From NCBI RefSeq assembly GCF_013177435.1, contig NZ_CP053627.1, positions 750,001-782,000 on the forward strand: a stretch of 32,000 nucleotides of DNA, read 5' to 3'. A model generated the notes under the pieces. It was not told where the DNA came from, did not search any database, and saw nothing but the letters and a program-made list of their open reading frames with translations. Below are positions 28,058 to 32,000 of this stretch, piece after piece. The DNA comes from Xylella taiwanensis (GTDB taxonomy: Bacteria; Pseudomonadota; Gammaproteobacteria; Xanthomonadales; Xanthomonadaceae). The translations under genes were made by a program, and so were the position numbers. Each line of letters opens with the position of its first letter. Position 1 is the first letter of the stretch.

Positions 28058-29839
28058 ATGTTAAGACGCTTTATCTCGCCGACGTTGAGCTTATGGTTGG
28101 TCTTAGGTCCCTTGGCTCACGCTGGCGCAACCGTAGACGAAATTCAGATCAAGGGTCTGGATAAAGGTGATGACGTCGAGATGAGGAAGAACATTAATGT
28201 CTCACTATCACTTTATAGTGTGGTTGGCAAGGAGCAGGGCGAATCCCGGTTGGAATACTTGCTCAGCCAAGCCGAGTTCCAGACCCGCCAAGCGTTGGAG
28301 CCGTTTGGCTACTATGCTCCGACCATTCGCATCGACGCGCCGCGCCAGAATGATCACATTACCGTGGTCATTCACGTGGACAAAGGAGAACCAGTCCGAG
28401 TGCGCCAGGCGCACGTTGCGATGACAGGCGCAGCCGCCCAGGACCATTATCTGCAGCGTGACTTGGAGGACTTCAAGCCTAAGCTTGGCGAGATATTCAA
28501 CCATCCAACTTACGAAGCGAGTAAGGTTCGCATCACCCGGCGCTTGGCTGAGCGTGGCTATTTCGATGCCGATTTCACCCGTCGCCGGGTCGAGGTGACC
28601 CGTGCGGCGTATGCAGCAGACATCGATTTGCTTTGGGACAGCGGACGCCGTTACGACATGGGGCCGGTCCGTTTCCATTACGACTATTTTCACGAGGGGC
28701 TGTTTGACCCACTGGTGTACTGGGACGAAGGCAGCTATTACCACGAGGGCAAGCTTGATCGCCTGCGTGAGTCCCTGACCAAGTTAGACTATTTCAGCAG
28801 CATCGATATCCAACCCAAGCCCGAGGAAGCCGACCCTGAAGGGAAGGTGCCGGTTGATGTCAAGCTCGAGCGTGCTAAGAGCAGGCTCTACACCGCTGGC
28901 ATCAGCTATGGCAGCGAAAGTGGTGCCGGTATGCGTGCTGGTGTGGAGCGGCGTTACATGAATGCACGTGGCCACAAAATGAACGCACGATTGGACTATG
29001 CGCAGAATCGCAAGAGCCTGATCACGGCCTATCAAATCCCCGCGTTCACATGGCTGGATGGTTGGTACATGTTTTCCGCACGTGCCTATGATGAGCAAAC
29101 CAAGTACATCGACCTGCGTAACGTGAGGCTGTCAGCGGCACGCAGTGGTCAGATCAACAAGCATTTGACCGCCACGGCTTCGCTGAACGCGCTGCGTGAA
29201 CGCTGGCGTTATGGCACTGAGGAGGGCTCCAACACTGTGGAGTACCAGCATTCCACGCTGATCTACCCGCAGTTAGAAGCGAGCTATGTCGATGTTGACG
29301 ATGCCACCTTCCCCCGCAATGGGAGTGCCGCCACACTGCTCGTGCGTGGTGGTGCCAGTGCCCTGGGTTCAAAAAGTAACTTTACCCAAGTGTATGGCCA
29401 ACTGCGTTGGTTTCACGGACTGGGGACTAGTAGCCGCATGATTCTGCGTGGTGAGGCAGGTGCCACCTGGGCCAGCGATTTGGTGGCGATGCCGCCGAGC
29501 TTGCGTTTCTTCGCTGGAGGTGTGAACAGTATTCGTGGCTACGCTTTCCGCGAGGTTGGTCCGCGCACTCCCAAGCCGGATACATTCGCACTCGGCGCCA
29601 AGCATGTGTTCACTGCTAGCGCTGAGTATGAGCACTATTACAAGGGTGGTCCGTTTGGCGGCGCCGTGTTCGTGGATAGCGGCAGCGCTTTCAATCGCCG
29701 GGCGGATTGGCATACCGGCGTTGGTATTGGCTTGCGTTACCGCTCCCCGGTGGGGCCGGTACGTGTGGATATTGCGCGTGGCCTGAATAACCCAGATTCC
29801 AAGATTCAACTGTATATCGATATTGGAGCAAATCTGTGA
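28058..29839 (+). CDS. tamA: Outer-membrane Omp85-family protein TamA (translocation and assembly module subunit), 593 aa
   Basis: Signal peptide MLRRFISPTLSLWLVLGPLAHA, an N-terminal POTRA-like region, and a C-terminal barrel carrying the Omp85 motif FFAGGVNSIRGYAFREVGP and VRVDIARG. It is immediately followed by, and overlaps, a TamB-like ORF. Confidence 0.88.
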   Translation: MLRRFISPTLSLWLVLGPLAHAGATVDEIQIKGLDKGDDVEMRKNINVSLSLYSVVGKEQGESRLEYLLSQAEFQTRQALEPFGYYAPTIRIDAPRQNDHITVVIHVDKGEPVRVRQAHVAMTGAAAQDHYLQRDLEDFKPKLGEIFNHPTYEASKVRITRRLAERGYFDADFTRRRVEVTRAAYAADIDLLWDSGRRYDMGPVRFHYDYFHEGLFDPLVYWDEGSYYHEGKLDRLRESLTKLDYFSSIDIQPKPEEADPEGKVPVDVKLERAKSRLYTAGISYGSESGAGMRAGVERRYMNARGHKMNARLDYAQNRKSLITAYQIPAFTWLDGWYMFSARAYDEQTKYIDLRNVRLSAARSGQINKHLTATASLNALRERWRYGTEEGSNTVEYQHSTLIYPQLEASYVDVDDATFPRNGSAATLLVRGGASALGSKSNFTQVYGQLRWFHGLGTSSRMILRGEAGATWASDLVAMPPSLRFFAGGVNSIRGYAFREVGPRTPKPDTFALGAKHVFTASAEYEHYYKGGPFGGAVFVDSGSAFNRRADWHTGVGIGLRYRSPVGPVRVDIARGLNNPDSKIQLYIDIGANL

Positions 29840-32000
29840 ATGCTCCTCAGTCTATGGCTACCCTGCGTCGACCTCGCTTTGGGGGCAGCATGGGGCTGAT
29901 TGTATCTGGCTTGTTCCTCGCATTGTTCGCGGTGCTTTACTGGTTATTGCAGACAGCGTCTGGGCGGGACATGTTGCTGACTCAGGTCGTTGCCCGTCTA
30001 CCGGCTGCAGCTGCATTTACCTGGGACAGCGCTGAAGGGACTGTGGCTGGGCCGCTGACCTTACATAATGTCGACTTCCGCTACCAAGACATTCATTTCC
30101 GTGCAGTGCGCTTGCGTTTGGACCCGGACATCTGGCCGCTGCTCATACTTCGGTTGCGTCTTGATGTTCTGGAGATGAGCAATGCCACCCTCAACCTGGG
30201 TAAAAGCGAGGAACCCTTCAAGTTACCGAGTTGGCCGGACGTATTGCCGCCGATAAAAGTGCCATTAGCCTTGCAGGTCGATACCATCGCGGTTGATAAC
30301 CTGCGCATTGCCAAGTTACAGCAGCCACTCATTCATCTGCACCGCATACGGGGGGCTGTCAAAGTCACTCATGGCGAGTTGCAGATGCAACACTTTGCCG
30401 TGGACAGTGATCGCGGCAATATCCGTGTCGACGGTTACTACCGCCCGCGTCAGGCTTACTCCACCGACTTGACGGGTACCGCGGTGTTGCCGGCGTTGCG
30501 TGGTCGCACCCCAGCCAGTCTGGGATTGGTGATCCGTGGTGATCTGGATCGGATGCAGGTCGCACTTGCCGGACGTGCCCCGGCCCCCTTGCGTGCAGAC
30601 TTGGTCATTAACGGCCGCAGCGATCCTCGCTGGACTTTCAGTGCTGTCAGTGAGCACTTGGAGCCTGGGTTGTTGTTCCCTGGTGACTTGACCACGGCTG
30701 CGTCAGCTGCATCGTTGGCGTTCGACGTGCAAGTGCAGGGACGCGGCGGTCACGCTGACCTCAAGGGACAGTTCAAACAGGGAGAGCGCACGATCGTGCT
30801 GCAGCCTTCACGCGTGCAACTGGCCAGTCAAATGTTGATGGTCGAACCGCTGGTGATTGATGCATTTGGAGGGCGTACCGATGTACGTGGCAGTGTTGAC
30901 CTGCGTGATCCTGGTAATACTCGCTTCCGTTTCTCAGCCAACGCGCGTGGATTAAGCTTCAAACCTTCTCCAGAACCTGGGAAGACTAAGACGCAAGCCG
31001 TCCCCGTCGTTCTCGAAGATGCGCAACTGAGTGTGACTGGTACGCCCCGTGCCTGGGCTGCGGTTGGCCGTGCACGGCTGACGCGCGAGAGCCAGCAGGC
31101 CCGTTTGATGTTCGATGTCCGCGGGGATGCTGAACATGCCACCTTCAAACAAGTGCAGGCCGCTACTCCAGGCGGTGTGCTTGATTTCGCTGGGAGTGTG
31201 GCTTGGGCGCCTGCGTTGCGCTGGGACCTGAAGGCAGAATTGGCACAGTTCGATCCGGGCTATTTCATGCCCGGTTGGAATGGTCGTGTCTCTGGTCAAT
31301 TGACTTCTCAAGGCCGGCAACGACCGGCGCCAGCTGGTGGTGTATCGCCTGGCGTCGAGGCCATCGTGGCCGTGCCGGGACTGCATGGACAGCTGCGGCA
31401 GCGGCCGCTTAAAGCCAGTGGTCGCTTCGTGCTGAAAGGCAATCAGGGTGAAGGAGCACTCCAACTAGGCATCGGCGATAGCCACGTGAGTGCTAAAGGC
31501 AAGCTCGGGCCGCATGTGGATCTGGCAGTGCAGTTGCAGTCGTTGCACTTGAACGACCTGTTGCCTGGGGAGGAGGGTAGCCTGAAGGGTAGCCTGCTGT
31601 TGAGAGGGCCGGCGCAGACCCCGGATTTGGTTGTCGATCTGAGTGGCAGCGACCTACGCTGGAATGACTATCGTGCCAAGCAGTTGGCACTGCATGGACA
31701 TTTGCCGTGGCGTGGCAGCGGCGGCAAGCTCACTCTGCAGGCACAGGCACTTGAGATCGGTACTGGATTTGACAGTGTTCGGATCCAGGCCGGTGGTGCG
31801 GTCGAGCATCTGAATCTTCAGGCCGAGGTGCGCAACGCAATGGCTCTGTTTGCCCTGCATGGTGGCGTCCGTCGCGACGGTGTACGTTGGCAGGGGGATC
31901 TTTCACAATTGCGCATTGAACCAGTCAAGGGCGCCGTGTGGGCGCTGCGTGCACCAGCACAGTTTGCAGTGAACGGCCCTGCTTTCAGCCTGTCCGACAC
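29836..32000 (+). CDS. tamB: TamB (DUF490-family inner-membrane-anchored translocation and assembly module subunit), 5' partial; continues beyond the window
   Basis: This ORF is not in the supplied track because it has no stop in the window. I read frame 1 codon by codon from GTG 29836 to 31998 (720 codons after the start) and found no stop. The N-terminal signal-anchor is GLIVSGLFLALFAVLYWLL, followed by repetitive beta-rich sequence. GTG 29836 overlaps the tamA stop (GTGA), and an alternative start is ATG 29854. All ORFs listed for 30093-32000 on the minus strand are shadows of this frame. Confidence 0.85.
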   Translation, partial: MNAPQSMATLRRPRFGGSMGLIVSGLFLALFAVLYWLLQTASGRDMLLTQVVARLPAAAAFTWDSAEGTVAGPLTLHNVDFRYQDIHFRAVRLRLDPDIWPLLILRLRLDVLEMSNATLNLGKSEEPFKLPSWPDVLPPIKVPLALQVDTIAVDNLRIAKLQQPLIHLHRIRGAVKVTHGELQMQHFAVDSDRGNIRVDGYYRPRQAYSTDLTGTAVLPALRGRTPASLGLVIRGDLDRMQVALAGRAPAPLRADLVINGRSDPRWTFSAVSEHLEPGLLFPGDLTTAASAASLAFDVQVQGRGGHADLKGQFKQGERTIVLQPSRVQLASQMLMVEPLVIDAFGGRTDVRGSVDLRDPGNTRFRFSANARGLSFKPSPEPGKTKTQAVPVVLEDAQLSVTGTPRAWAAVGRARLTRESQQARLMFDVRGDAEHATFKQVQAATPGGVLDFAGSVAWAPALRWDLKAELAQFDPGYFMPGWNGRVSGQLTSQGRQRPAPAGGVSPGVEAIVAVPGLHGQLRQRPLKASGRFVLKGNQGEGALQLGIGDSHVSAKGKLGPHVDLAVQLQSLHLNDLLPGEEGSLKGSLLLRGPAQTPDLVVDLSGSDLRWNDYRAKQLALHGHLPWRGSGGKLTLQAQALEIGTGFDSVRIQAGGAVEHLNLQAEVRNAMALFALHGGVRRDGVRWQGDLSQLRIEPVKGAVWALRAPAQFAVNGPAFSLSD

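Noticed and set aside
30093-32000. Minus-strand ORFs 30093-30332, 30316-30657, 30828-31148, 30952-31464, 31493-31690 and others
   Set aside because: They lie antisense to the uninterrupted TamB reading frame, and their composition (Arg/Pro/Ser-rich) is characteristic of antisense frames.
1-32000. Search for rRNA, tRNA, integrase/att sites and defence-system genes
   Set aside because: No conserved rRNA strings and no GGTTCGAnTCC-type T-loops with flanking stems were found. There is no integrase or recombinase ORF, and no nuclease, ATPase or methylase gene cluster beyond the features listed.

Overview
This 32 kb chromosomal window has gene content and protein sequences typical of a Xanthomonadaceae genome. 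From memory, the order gst-mdh-ppiB-typA ... cvaA/cvaB ... yadGH ... pilY1 ... hrpB ... tamAB resembles Xylella, but I could not verify this. Most of the window is housekeeping: beta-class glutathione S-transferase, malate dehydrogenase, cyclophilin PPIase, TypA/BipA GTPase, a small membrane protein, a YadG/YadH-type ABC-2 transporter, HrpB DEAH helicase, a GAF-domain MsrC/YebR-like protein, and TamA plus the 5' part of TamB. The TamB ORF runs off the window end and is missing from the supplied ORF track. The stand-out region is 5.2-11.5 kb. There a CvaA-like HlyD-family protein and a CvaB-like ABC exporter with an intact C39 peptidase domain bracket four tandem small genes, all encoding peptides with a 15-residue double-glycine-type leader. 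These genes sit in visibly AT-rich DNA organised as a cassette array with a 430-490 bp period. Three of the peptides share a conserved leader and a conserved C-terminal VN[VI][YI]N[VI][TD]Q tail around divergent Ser/Pro/Gly-rich cores. The fourth is a hydrophobic, six-Cys, ColV-like peptide whose leader ends in Asp-Gly. I found no immunity or modification gene. Other notable items are an orphan pilY1 with a degenerate Ca-binding loop behind a long AT-rich upstream region, a frameshifted IS5-family (IS903-like) transposase relic, a G14 homopolymer just upstream of mdh, and two gene-poor stretches, one of which carries three consecutive stem-loops ending in a terminator-like hairpin. I found no rRNA, tRNA or CRISPR array.
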